Made by a program: the position numbers and the translations under genes. A stretch of 64,000 nucleotides of DNA from Desulfatiglandales bacterium. Lineage in GTDB: Bacteria > Desulfobacterota > DSM-4660 > Desulfatiglandales > Desulfatiglandaceae. Shown piece by piece: positions 17,700 to 26,548 of this stretch. The stretch lies in assembly GCA_963662465.1 (NCBI GenBank), contig OY759599.1, forward strand, positions 3,776,001 through 3,840,000. The letters are read 5' to 3'. The stretch's first letter is position 1; each line of letters starts with the position of its first letter. Under the pieces are notes generated by a model, which was given only the letters and a program-made list of their open reading frames with translations, was not told where the DNA came from and did no database searches.

Positions 17700-19250
17700 T
17701 TAAATCGCAAAGTATGTTAAGTCTTCTTTTTTGACTTCGCCATCATCCAGCAATTCTCTCATAACGGAGATCAGGGAACGCCAGTTTTCCACCCCCAGTT
17801 TTTCCGCAATTTCAACCATTCGCAGCCCATCCGGGGCATCCTTCAAAATGGCGACGATGTCACTGTGTGAGGTTTGCAAATTGATTTCAGCACCGTCGGT
17901 CTGGAAGGATTCTTCCGAGGTTACTTCCGCCTCCTTTTCCTCAGCATCTGTTTCTGACGACGCTTCGCCCCGGGGTTCTATGACGTTTTCTGTTGCTTCG
18001 ACTGGTGCTTCTTCGGTTTTCTTATCCTCGACAACCTTAACTTCCCTTTCCGGCGCCGACGCCGCTTTTTCGGGGGTGGTGAGGGTCATGGTTCCGGTGG
18101 AGGAACGTACGGCTGAAAGGATTTCGTGCCAGGCCCGGGCTGCTTCCGAACGATCCTTATTGAGCTCTCCCAGCATTTGCGTCACACTGGTGGACAGATT
18201 TGAGCTGAAATCGCGCAGGTTTGCTTTGAGCTCTTCGCCCTTTTCCTTCATGTCACGCACGACGGTTTCCAGTCGTTCCTTCTCACCGTTTTCCAGATCC
18301 GCCTTGAATTGAGCCAGTCCGGTAGTAAAGGATTCCAACTCGGACTTCAAAGTGCGCCACATCTCTTTTCGAGCGTTTTCGAAGTCGTTGATCATATTGC
18401 GGGTATCTCCCTTGAGATTCCCGATATGCTCGCGGCGGTCCGCTATTTCCCGGCCCATGGTCTCTTGTCGATCCGCCTCCGCTCGGTCCAGATCTGCTTT
18501 GAATCGGGCCAATTCGGAGGTAAAGGCATCCAGTTGCCCTTTCAAGTCCGCCCACATTTCTTTTCGCGCATTTGAAAAGGCTTTCAGCATATCCTGGGTG
18601 CCGCCGAGAATTCCCCGCAGATCCTGCTTCCGTTCACCGATTTCCGCCAGCGCTTCGGCCTTCCGGTTGCTTTCAGCTTGATCCAGGTTCCCCTTGAACT
18701 GTTTCAACATAGACATAAATCCGGACAATTCGTTTCTGAGGTTATCCCCCATTTCCTTGAGTTCAGTGCGGATCGTAGCGATACGTTCTTCGTTGGCGTT
18801 AACCATCGCATTTCTGAAATTCGCCAGTTCCGACGTGAAGTTCTGCAATCTGGATTTCAAATTTCCCCACATTTCCTGCCTGGCGCCTTCGAAGTCGTTG
18901 ATCAGGCTTCGGGTGTCATTGCGCAGACCTGAAATATATCTGCCGCGATCGGCGATTTCTTCTTGGGCTTCGTTCTTGCGATTTTTCTCCGCTTCATCCA
19001 GATCCGTTTTGAATCCGGCCAGTTGGGTGCTGAAGTCCTTCAAATCGGACCTCAGGGTATCGCCCATGTCTTTCAGTTCGGCCCGGACGGTGTCGGCGCG
19101 TTCTTTATTGGATTCCTCCAGATTGTTCCTGAAATCCGCCAGTTTTTCCGCTGTTTCCGTTTTCAGTTCCGAAATGCTTCGCATCCGTTCCTCGTATGCG
19201 CCCGCAATTTCTTCAGCCAGTCTTCTCAAATCATCTGCCAACATGACCAC
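17700..19250 (-). CDS. gvpC: GvpC-like repetitive helical protein with acidic linker and C-terminal winged helix
   Basis: Lies between gvpA and gvpN; repeats EI(A/G)(D/E)R...F..AR(Q/K)EMW..LK..L..FT..LA.F three times; C-terminal PDGLRMVEIAEKLGVENWRSL...GEVKKEDLTYF. Confidence 0.72.
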   Translation of the reverse strand: MVMLADDLRRLAEEIAGAYEERMRSISELKTETAEKLADFRNNLEESNKERADTVRAELKDMGDTLRSDLKDFSTQLAGFKTDLDEAEKNRKNEAQEEIADRGRYISGLRNDTRSLINDFEGARQEMWGNLKSRLQNFTSELANFRNAMVNANEERIATIRTELKEMGDNLRNELSGFMSMLKQFKGNLDQAESNRKAEALAEIGERKQDLRGILGGTQDMLKAFSNARKEMWADLKGQLDAFTSELARFKADLDRAEADRQETMGREIADRREHIGNLKGDTRNMINDFENARKEMWRTLKSELESFTTGLAQFKADLENGEKERLETVVRDMKEKGEELKANLRDFSSNLSTSVTQMLGELNKDRSEAARAWHEILSAVRSSTGTMTLTTPEKAASAPEREVKVVEDKKTEEAPVEATENVIEPRGEASSETDAEEKEAEVTSEESFQTDGAEINLQTSHSDIVAILKDAPDGLRMVEIAEKLGVENWRSLISVMRELLDDGEVKKEDLTYFAI

Positions 19251-19492
19251 TCCTCCTTAAAATTTTGATTTTTTGAAGACATGCTTGAGATTCCCGTATT
19301 CACGGAAATGCGGTTTTGCGAAAATGAGGGTAAGCAAGCGTACACTCCATCGCATCCTCAAGGACATCTTATAAATTTCCGTTGGCGAATCCGGCGGGGA
19401 TATGAATGGCTCCGGCGCGGATTGGCAAAGGTTTAAATTTACGGTTTACGGTTGCCGATTTCAGCAAAGGCGAAAAATCTTTCGCCGCGACG

Positions 19493-20122
19493 TCAACCCG
19501 CTACCGCCGTCTGCCATTGACTTCGAACTCTTTCCCTCACCAGATCAAGGTCTTCCAGAAGCCGGCCAACCTGATTGTCTCGAACCCCTTGCTGAACTTT
19601 GAGGGATTTGAGCATGAGCTTAAAGTCTTTGAGTTTTACGGTTTCTCCCTTAAGCAGTAGTTTCTTGAGAGCTGTTTTCAACTCTTCCTGCTCCATCTGA
19701 ATGCGCTTCAGCGCCTGAACGATTCCGGTTTCCCGTTCTTTCTGCCTTTTCAGAATATCTTCCTTGATGATTTCCATATCGTCGAGATTTGGCCGGCCTC
19801 CGGAGACAATAACGTTCCGCAATCGACCGATCATCTCTTTTTCTTCCTTATGGAAATTTTGAAAAACCCTTTCCGCTTCCTCTTCCCTGGCGTTTCGTCT
19901 GGCCGTGAGCCCACTCATCATCCGGTCAAAATCCTTCTTTCGAAGACTTTCCGATTTGGCGAGGTTATCTTTCAATTGAACCATCATCTCTTGCAGTTCC
20001 GTATGAAAGCTTTCCAGGAAATGATAAGCCTGTTCCATGAGATTGTTTACAGTTTTGACGCGCATTTCATAGGAATCAATGATGCTGTTCGCCAGGTTTC
20101 TTAAGTTTTCTTCGGTTACCAC
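19493..20122 (-). CDS. All-helical coiled-coil protein, possibly a second GvpC-related protein
   Basis: GTG start at 20122 with GAGG RBS (ORF track start 20182 lies in the terminator hairpin). N-terminus LRNLANSIIDSYEMRV resembles LRRLAEEIAGAYEERM of the adjacent GvpC-like protein. Confidence 0.7.
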   Translation of the reverse strand: MVTEENLRNLANSIIDSYEMRVKTVNNLMEQAYHFLESFHTELQEMMVQLKDNLAKSESLRKKDFDRMMSGLTARRNAREEEAERVFQNFHKEEKEMIGRLRNVIVSGGRPNLDDMEIIKEDILKRQKERETGIVQALKRIQMEQEELKTALKKLLLKGETVKLKDFKLMLKSLKVQQGVRDNQVGRLLEDLDLVRERVRSQWQTAVAG

Positions 20123-20141
20123 TTTTTTTACCTCGTTAAAC

Positions 20142-20263
20142 AAAAAAAACCGCAAATAACTCAGACAATTTGGTCTACCCATACCAACAACGGGAAGGGA
20201 GCATTGTCAGACTTATTTACGGTCTTCCAGTGGTCTGATGGAGATTTCAGATATGCCCAAGAC
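20142..20263 (-). terminator. Intrinsic terminator with an overlapping upstream hairpin (candidate attenuator)
   Basis: Imperfect 22-bp stem (20203-20224 with 20148-20169) followed by a U8 tract; upstream hairpin GUCUU...UCUGA-loop-UCAGA...AAGAC overlaps the terminator 5' arm. Confidence 0.7.
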
Positions 20264-20369
20264 TTTCCTGATGAAATCCTTTGCGTCGGGAGAGGGGTTC
20301 ATGGAACGCCTCTCGGATCTCAAGGATATCCGGCAATCTCCCTTCGATTCTAAATATGCTGCTTAAGAA

Positions 20370-20573
20370 TTACGCGGTCGCGGTAAGCCCCACGGCCTCG
20401 GCATATTTGAGGTATGTCTCAACGCCGGCAACCACGGCCCTTGCTTCGATGGCCAGCAGTTCAATTCCCACGAGAGAAACCCTTGCCCATGCGTCGACGA
20501 CCACGCCCTTATCCAAAATTCTGTCGACTACTTCAGCCAAACTTGCGGATGCCATTGATTTTTCCATTGCCAT
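20370..20573 (-). CDS. gvpA: Major gas vesicle structural protein GvpA (copy 2)
   Basis: [64 protein letters not shown]. Confidence 0.98.
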   Translation of the reverse strand: MAMEKSMASASLAEVVDRILDKGVVVDAWARVSLVGIELLAIEARAVVAGVETYLKYAEAVGLTATA

Positions 20574-20641
20574 GATGAATCTCCTTTCATAAATGAGTCA
20601 GGTATGTTGCGTTACGCCCGTTGTGGTACATTAATTGCTTA

Positions 20642-20845
20642 CTATGCGGTCGCGGTAAGTCCCACGGCCTCGGCATATTTGAGGTATGTCTCAACGCCGG
20701 CAACCACGGCCCTTGCTTCGATGGCCAGCAGTTCAATTCCCACGAGAGAAACCCTTGCCCATGCGTCGACGACCACGCCCTTATCTAAAATTCTGTCGAC
20801 CACTTCAGCCAAACTTGCGGATGCCATTGATTTTTCCATTGCCAT
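20642..20845 (-). CDS. gvpA: Major gas vesicle structural protein GvpA (copy 1)
   Basis: Same protein as copy 2; first gene after the sigma54 promoter. Confidence 0.98.
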   Translation of the reverse strand: MAMEKSMASASLAEVVDRILDKGVVVDAWARVSLVGIELLAIEARAVVAGVETYLKYAEAVGLTATA

Positions 20846-20902
20846 GATGAATCTCCTTTCTCATTTTGGGTTTTTCAGTTAAACACGATTGTTTTCTAAG
20901 GA

Positions 20903-20918
20903 TGCATTTGTCGTGCCA
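20903..20918 (-). promoter_or_regulatory. Sigma54 (-24/-12) promoter of the gvpA operon
   Basis: Minus strand TGGCACGACAAATGCA, with exact GG-N10-GC spacing, about 60 nt before the gvpA start. Confidence 0.85.
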
Positions 20919-21003
20919 CAACGAGTGTTATTCTTATCTGACCGGATTTGCTATGATATTTTTTGATCCATTTAAATATGTGAGGACTTGGGGCATGAAA
21001 GGG

Positions 21004-21041
21004 TATGGCATTGAACACCCAATTGGGGCTTGGGTGCCATA
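21004..21041. promoter_or_regulatory. Nested dyad, candidate upstream activating sequence for a sigma54 activator
   Basis: TATGGCA-N7-CCCAATTGGG-N7-TGCCATA, both dyads sharing one centre, about 85-125 bp upstream of the -24 box. Confidence 0.55.
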
Positions 21042-21069
21042 AGCTACGTTGAAAGCCGCTTTGACTTTT

Positions 21070-23871
21070 CTATCCCACCCGCAACAAAATGCCTGAGGGA
21101 AGGGATTCCCCGAAGATCCGGCTTTCCTCCTGGCTTGCGACGGGGATCACCTCCTCAAGAACATGAATGTAAGGCGCCGCCCACTCGTGGGGCAAAAGCC
21201 AATCGATAATCTCTTTGATGACCACAGGCGTCACATCCCGTTTTCGGTCTCCGGTAAGTCGAGCCATCTGGGACAGGGCCATACCCACGGGTCGGGGGTT
21301 TTTCCAGTTTTCAGATAGAATGGTTTGGGTCCAGGCCTCAATCACTTGGGGTGAAATGACCCGGTCAATGGGGCCGTAAAGAGGCTCCCGGGCGCCGATC
21401 CTGGACAGGGCCCACCAATGCTGGGGCCGGGCTTTCTTGGGGGACAGGCCTTTGAGCAGCTGTTTTCCCCTGGCGACCTTGTCTTCTTCTGAAATCCGTT
21501 CCAGATTGGCCAGGGTCATCCACATTTCCATTTCTTCCTGGGGGGCAAGATTGGGTTTTTTGCCGCCTTTTTGGGGTTTAACCAGGGATGAAATGCTTAA
21601 GAATACCTGGCGCTGCTGGCTCGCGGAAAGGCCGCCGGCAATTCGACGCCACAACACCCACCATTCCGACCTGACCTGAACATTTTTGACATGGTTGGGC
21701 CCATCACGGAAAAATTTCCACAATTTTTCGATGCGGTGTTCATCCAGCGCATCCCCGAATCCGGGTCTCAGACAAAATCCGATCAAATTGAGCCAACGGC
21801 TTTCGTGTTCAATGCTGAGGTTTCGGGATGAAACCAGGCTCATGAGCTCATCGGCTGCCTGGCGAATAAATCCGAGAGGCCATTTTTCCTTGGGCGTATG
21901 AACCGTTTCCGTGATGCCCTTGATGAGGCTTGCCGGCTGGTTTTTGGCGGCCTCACCCGAAAAGGTCTCCCTGATCAATTGTATGGCCTGGTTCACAACG
22001 GATTCTTCAAAAACCTCCCTATCCGAAACTGGAACAGGCTGCTCCGCGGTACGCAGTTGAAATTGGAAACGCCATCGGTGAGGACTTTTTATGGACTGAC
22101 ACCACAGGGCCAGGGTGCCCATTTCGGTATAATGGGCTTCCATTTTTACGGGAATGGAAACACCCCCCTTGGCTTTTTTTCCGAATTTGATCACCGTGTG
22201 AAGGGGGGGAAGGGTTGTCAAGGTATCATCCACATGAATGACCTTGCCTACCGTGTCTCCCGAGCGAAAACTGGAGCTGTACAGGTGAAAGCGTACCGGC
22301 TGGTTGGCCAGGACGGAAAACTGTTTGTCATGAAGTTCGTTTCGGGTTCCCTCGGGCATGCCCCGTTCCACCAGGCAGACGGCCATGGTGGGATCCCCAT
22401 TGCCGTTCTGATCGCTTTGCGTCGTGTTTTCATCCAAATGAACACCCAGATAATATCCCCTGGCACTGCCGCTGTCCACCTGGACGCCGTATCCCTTTCG
22501 AACCCGTCCGTAATAAGAAGCGCCCAGGGCCACGGCGATATCCGGATCAGGATTGGTCAACATTCGCGGCGGGAATTCTCTCGTATCATGAAAGCGCGTG
22601 GAGACAGCGGCCCGGATACGCTCCTGGAGGATGGCGGGTTTGAGGGCCGCGCCGTTGAACATGATCAGGTCCGGTTCAATGTTATCCCGATCCAGGATTT
22701 CTTTCAGGTCTCCTCGATGCTGTTCCAGAAATCGAATAAGGTGCCGTGTAATGGCGGGGTCCTGGGCGTAGGGAAGGCCGAACTCCGTCATGCCCCGGCG
22801 GGGTTTCAGATCGAGAGATTCCGTAAGGGAGACCAGGGGAAAGAACCCGTCCAGAATAACATCTTCCACGTCCGAACGATTGAGTTTGCTGGTTTTGGTG
22901 CCGGCAATCAGTTTGCGGCCTTCACCGATCAGGGTGATGGTTGCTTCATCTTCAAGCTCTCCCAGGATATTTTCCTTGGCCTGGCGGCACTGGTTGCACA
23001 GGGACTGCCAGCGACCCAGACTTAATTTTTCCTTCCGGTCTCCCTGAAGTCGGCTTTCCGAAAGATGGGCCAGGGCCAGGTCCATGTTGTCCCCGCCCAG
23101 AATCAGGTGGTCCCCCACGGCAATTCTTTCAAATACGGGATGACCCTCTTTCTCCCGCAGGGTAATCAGGGTAAAATCCGTGGTGCCGCCGCCCACATCG
23201 CAGATCAGGATCAATTCTCCGGGGCTGACCAATTGCTCCCATTCCTGTTCGTGAACATCCAGCCAGCTGTAAAAGGCAGCCAGGGGTTCTTCCAGAAGGG
23301 TGATATTGGTGATGCCGGCTTTTGACGCCGCTTCCACGGTCAGGTCCCGGGCCACCTCGTCAAAGGAAGCGGGTACGGTAATCACCACGTCCTGGTTTTC
23401 GAGGCGGGATTCTTCATCATCAACGACGCTATGGTTCCACGCGTCCTTTATGTGCTTTAAATAAGCGGCGGTGACGGTTATGGGAGACCGCTTTTCGCCC
23501 GGGTCGTCCGCGCCCCATGGGAGGATGGGGGCGCTTCGATCCACCTTCCCGTGGCAAAGCCATGATTTGGCGGAAGAGACCATCCGTTTGGGGGATTTCG
23601 CGCCCTGTTCCCGGGCCAGTATGCCCACAAAGTCCCCGTCATGGGCGGCATCCCAGGGCAGGGCCAGGGCGTCGGCGGGAAATTCGTGATCGCTGGGCAG
23701 GTAAAGGAAAGACGGCAGCACCTTCTCCTTTGATATCTCTCCGGGTCCCGTGAGTTGAGGGATTTGAAAATGCCGGATAACCGGCCTTGATCTGTCCTTG
23801 TTTGCGGCGAGATCGATATAGGTAACCGCGGAATTGGTGGTTCCCAGATCTATTCCGATAATATATTTCAT
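21070..23871 (-). CDS. Atypical Hsp70-family protein with long C-terminal (DUF3731-like) domain
   Basis: GIDLGTTNS, TVPASFD, LLEEPLAAFY, DVGGGTTDF, VGDHLILGGDNMD; C-terminal WLNLIGFCLRPGFG, WWVLWRRIAGGL, FGESLPSG. Confidence 0.88.
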   Translation of the reverse strand: MKYIIGIDLGTTNSAVTYIDLAANKDRSRPVIRHFQIPQLTGPGEISKEKVLPSFLYLPSDHEFPADALALPWDAAHDGDFVGILAREQGAKSPKRMVSSAKSWLCHGKVDRSAPILPWGADDPGEKRSPITVTAAYLKHIKDAWNHSVVDDEESRLENQDVVITVPASFDEVARDLTVEAASKAGITNITLLEEPLAAFYSWLDVHEQEWEQLVSPGELILICDVGGGTTDFTLITLREKEGHPVFERIAVGDHLILGGDNMDLALAHLSESRLQGDRKEKLSLGRWQSLCNQCRQAKENILGELEDEATITLIGEGRKLIAGTKTSKLNRSDVEDVILDGFFPLVSLTESLDLKPRRGMTEFGLPYAQDPAITRHLIRFLEQHRGDLKEILDRDNIEPDLIMFNGAALKPAILQERIRAAVSTRFHDTREFPPRMLTNPDPDIAVALGASYYGRVRKGYGVQVDSGSARGYYLGVHLDENTTQSDQNGNGDPTMAVCLVERGMPEGTRNELHDKQFSVLANQPVRFHLYSSSFRSGDTVGKVIHVDDTLTTLPPLHTVIKFGKKAKGGVSIPVKMEAHYTEMGTLALWCQSIKSPHRWRFQFQLRTAEQPVPVSDREVFEESVVNQAIQLIRETFSGEAAKNQPASLIKGITETVHTPKEKWPLGFIRQAADELMSLVSSRNLSIEHESRWLNLIGFCLRPGFGDALDEHRIEKLWKFFRDGPNHVKNVQVRSEWWVLWRRIAGGLSASQQRQVFLSISSLVKPQKGGKKPNLAPQEEMEMWMTLANLERISEEDKVARGKQLLKGLSPKKARPQHWWALSRIGAREPLYGPIDRVISPQVIEAWTQTILSENWKNPRPVGMALSQMARLTGDRKRDVTPVVIKEIIDWLLPHEWAAPYIHVLEEVIPVASQEESRIFGESLPSGILLRVG

Positions 23872-23893
23872 GAATTATTCATTCTCTTTCTCT

Positions 23894-25723
23894 TCACTCG
23901 TCACTTTCTCTGACATTGAATTCCAGCTTGAACTTTTTGTCATCCTCCTGGGATACACACCACAGCTCCAGGGTACCCACCTCCGTTATCCGGGTTTCGA
24001 GGGTGACCGGAACGATGGCGCCGGGTTCGCCTTCCAGACGGGTTTCAAGGGTGGCAACCGGTTCAATTTCCCCTTCCCAGTCTTCAGCAACCGTGCCCAT
24101 GGCATCGTGATGCCGGGTGTTGGACCCCAGGAATTCAAATTTAACCGGTTCTCCCACCACCAGCCCGAATTCTCTGTTTTGAAGCGCCATTTCCGTCCCT
24201 TCTTCCATGCCGAAGGGCGCTACGCACAGGGCTTTTACGGGAGCGGGAATCCCCGGCACCGCCGGCATCGCCGCTTCCACGCCGATATAGTAGGTTTTGG
24301 CAAGACCGCCGCGGATGCGGATCCCGTTGCCTTTTCTCGCCAGGCCGTAGTAGGCCGCTCCCCGGGCAACGGCCAGATCAAAATCAAGGCTTTCAACCTC
24401 TCTGGGTGCGGGACAACCGGCCTCGGCGGTCCAGGAGGAGAGGATTTCCAGGATCCTGTTTCTCAGGCCTCGCGCTTTCATGACGCCGCCGTTAAAAAGA
24501 ATGGCGGTAGGACAAACAAAGTCGCCCCGAGCTGATCCGGAAGTGTCCTGCTGGTTCAGAAATTGGGCCAGATGATGGCTGATGGCGGGATCCGACGCAT
24601 AGGAGAGACCCATCTCCCGCATGCCGGTTCGGCGGTCCTCCCGGGGGCGGGAATCCCTATTGCATTTCGGGAAAAACCCCTCTTTCAGGACCGATTCGAC
24701 CTGCTCTCGCGTTAATTCGGTTTTGATAGCGCCGCCAATGAGTTTGCTGCCCCGCCCCAGGATGGCAATGGGATAGGATTGTGCTTCTACATTTGAGAAA
24801 AGATGCTCTTTGGCCGATCTGCAACCATAGCAAAGTCCCCGCATCTGGTGCGCATTGAGCTTCTGACCCGTTGCGGCCATTTTGCCGGCGATGTCGTAGG
24901 CCAGGGTCAGGTCCATGTTGTCCCCGCCTACCAGGAGATGCTTTCCGACGGAAATCCGTTCCAGGTTTAAATCGCCCTGAGCTTCGGACACCTTTATGAG
25001 GCTCAAATCGGTGGTTCCGCCGCCCACGTCCGTCACCATGATCAGATCATCTACTTTGATTTTATTTCGCCATTTGCCGCGCGTACTGTCGATCCAGGCG
25101 TAAAATGCAGCCTGGGGTTCCTCCAGCAGGGTGGTTTTGGGAAGTCCCGCCATTTCAGCGGCTTCGATGGTGAGGTTTCGGGCCACTGCGTCAAAGGAAG
25201 CGGGCACCGTCAAAAATATCTCCTGATCCTCCAGGCGCAACCGGTTGTCCTCGCGGGCAAAGGTATAATTCCAGCTTTCCCGGATGTGCCCGAGAATCGC
25301 TGCGGACGCCGCTACCGGCGAGAGTTTTTCCCGGTCGTCGGGTCCTTCCCATGGCAGAATCGGTTTGTTTCGGTCCACGCCGGTGTGACAGAGCCATGAT
25401 TTGGATGATGCGATCATGCGCATGGGGATTTCGGCGCCCCTATCCCGGGCAAAGGTTCCGACGGCCATGTTGCTCTGGGGGTCCCATGGCAGTGCCAGGC
25501 CGCCTTCCGCAACATCATGGGGACCCGGCAGCAGTATGAATGAGGGCAGAATGCTCTTTTCCCCCAGAGAGCCCGATGCCACCAGTTGAGGGATTTTGAA
25601 AATTCGAATATCGGGTTCCCTTTGATCATTTACAGCAGCTTCCGTATAGGCCACCACGCTGTTGGTGGTGCCCAGGTCAATGCCCACCACGTAGGTGGGA
25701 TTTGGATTGGTTTCGTTGGTCAT
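23894..25723 (-). CDS. Atypical Hsp70-family protein, paralogue of the adjacent gene
   Basis: GIDLGTTNS, SSKSWLCH, TVPASFD, LLEEPQAAFY, DVGGGTTDL, GGDNMD, AVARGAAYYG. Confidence 0.9.
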   Translation of the reverse strand: MTNETNPNPTYVVGIDLGTTNSVVAYTEAAVNDQREPDIRIFKIPQLVASGSLGEKSILPSFILLPGPHDVAEGGLALPWDPQSNMAVGTFARDRGAEIPMRMIASSKSWLCHTGVDRNKPILPWEGPDDREKLSPVAASAAILGHIRESWNYTFAREDNRLRLEDQEIFLTVPASFDAVARNLTIEAAEMAGLPKTTLLEEPQAAFYAWIDSTRGKWRNKIKVDDLIMVTDVGGGTTDLSLIKVSEAQGDLNLERISVGKHLLVGGDNMDLTLAYDIAGKMAATGQKLNAHQMRGLCYGCRSAKEHLFSNVEAQSYPIAILGRGSKLIGGAIKTELTREQVESVLKEGFFPKCNRDSRPREDRRTGMREMGLSYASDPAISHHLAQFLNQQDTSGSARGDFVCPTAILFNGGVMKARGLRNRILEILSSWTAEAGCPAPREVESLDFDLAVARGAAYYGLARKGNGIRIRGGLAKTYYIGVEAAMPAVPGIPAPVKALCVAPFGMEEGTEMALQNREFGLVVGEPVKFEFLGSNTRHHDAMGTVAEDWEGEIEPVATLETRLEGEPGAIVPVTLETRITEVGTLELWCVSQEDDKKFKLEFNVRESDE

Positions 25724-25752
25724 AGCTCACTCTTCACTTTTCACTAAAAAAA

Positions 25753-26493
25753 TCAAGGAATCTCCACTTCCGCGGGTGCAATAACGCCGGGGTCCGGAGA
25801 ACCGGAAAGGGTCGGCAGGTCAAATTTTCCCACCCGCCAGCCCCGGTGTTCCAGAGCGCCCTTGAAGGGCGGTTCTCCGGATACATTGCCCGTCAGCTTT
25901 ATAGCGGAAGCGTCAAAGCCTTTTTCCACCGTAATCTCTTCACCTTCTTCCCGATCGATAACAGCTTCCAGGGACAGATATTTTTTCAGGGCCTTTTGAC
26001 AGTTCTCTTGAATATTTCGAACAGCCGCGCCGATCTGAGCGTCTTCATAGCCCTTAAGGTCTTCCGCCAGAAAATCCACCAGGCGCCCCTCTCTTTGAAG
26101 CAGGCTCAACAGATGCAAGGACCTGCGCTGGTCTTCCCTGGCGCGGACTTCTTTTTCCTCCGGCGTTGGGCGGTGCGGCTGGGCTTTCGTCACTTTTTTC
26201 GGAGTGGGCGCAACGGGTTTGGGCTGCGCCATTTTTGCCAGGCTTCGCCCAATGGAAGCGCGCAGGGTCAACCAGAGGAGGATTCCAAAAATCACCAGGC
26301 TTCCCCCAAGGACCTGCAGGGATAGTATTCCACCGTTTTCCAACAGCAGTATTAACCCTTCCAGGCCAGCTTTCCCCGGAATTTGCTGCTGAATTTTCCA
26401 GTAACTGAAGCCGGCAAGGGCCAGACCCAGCAGAAGAAGCCACACGAATATCCAAAGGGATAATTTGCTTGAGATTTTCTTTTTCGTTTCCAT
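25753..26493 (-). CDS. DUF2760-domain membrane-anchored protein
   Basis: Two N-terminal TM segments; LLSLLQREGRLVDFL...IGAAVR...LTGNVSGEPPFKGALEHRGW...PAEVEI. Start set at METKK. Confidence 0.85.
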   Translation of the reverse strand: METKKKISSKLSLWIFVWLLLLGLALAGFSYWKIQQQIPGKAGLEGLILLLENGGILSLQVLGGSLVIFGILLWLTLRASIGRSLAKMAQPKPVAPTPKKVTKAQPHRPTPEEKEVRAREDQRRSLHLLSLLQREGRLVDFLAEDLKGYEDAQIGAAVRNIQENCQKALKKYLSLEAVIDREEGEEITVEKGFDASAIKLTGNVSGEPPFKGALEHRGWRVGKFDLPTLSGSPDPGVIAPAEVEIP

Positions 26494-26548
26494 GATTGCA
26501 TCCTTTCTCTTTGCTGAGGTCCTTAAACCCATAAATTCGTCTCAACGT

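Noticed and set aside
20279..20287. c-di-GMP-I riboswitch suggested by GACGCAAAG on the minus strand
   Set aside because: The upstream GGCAAA/GNRA hairpin and downstream receptor stem are not recognisable.
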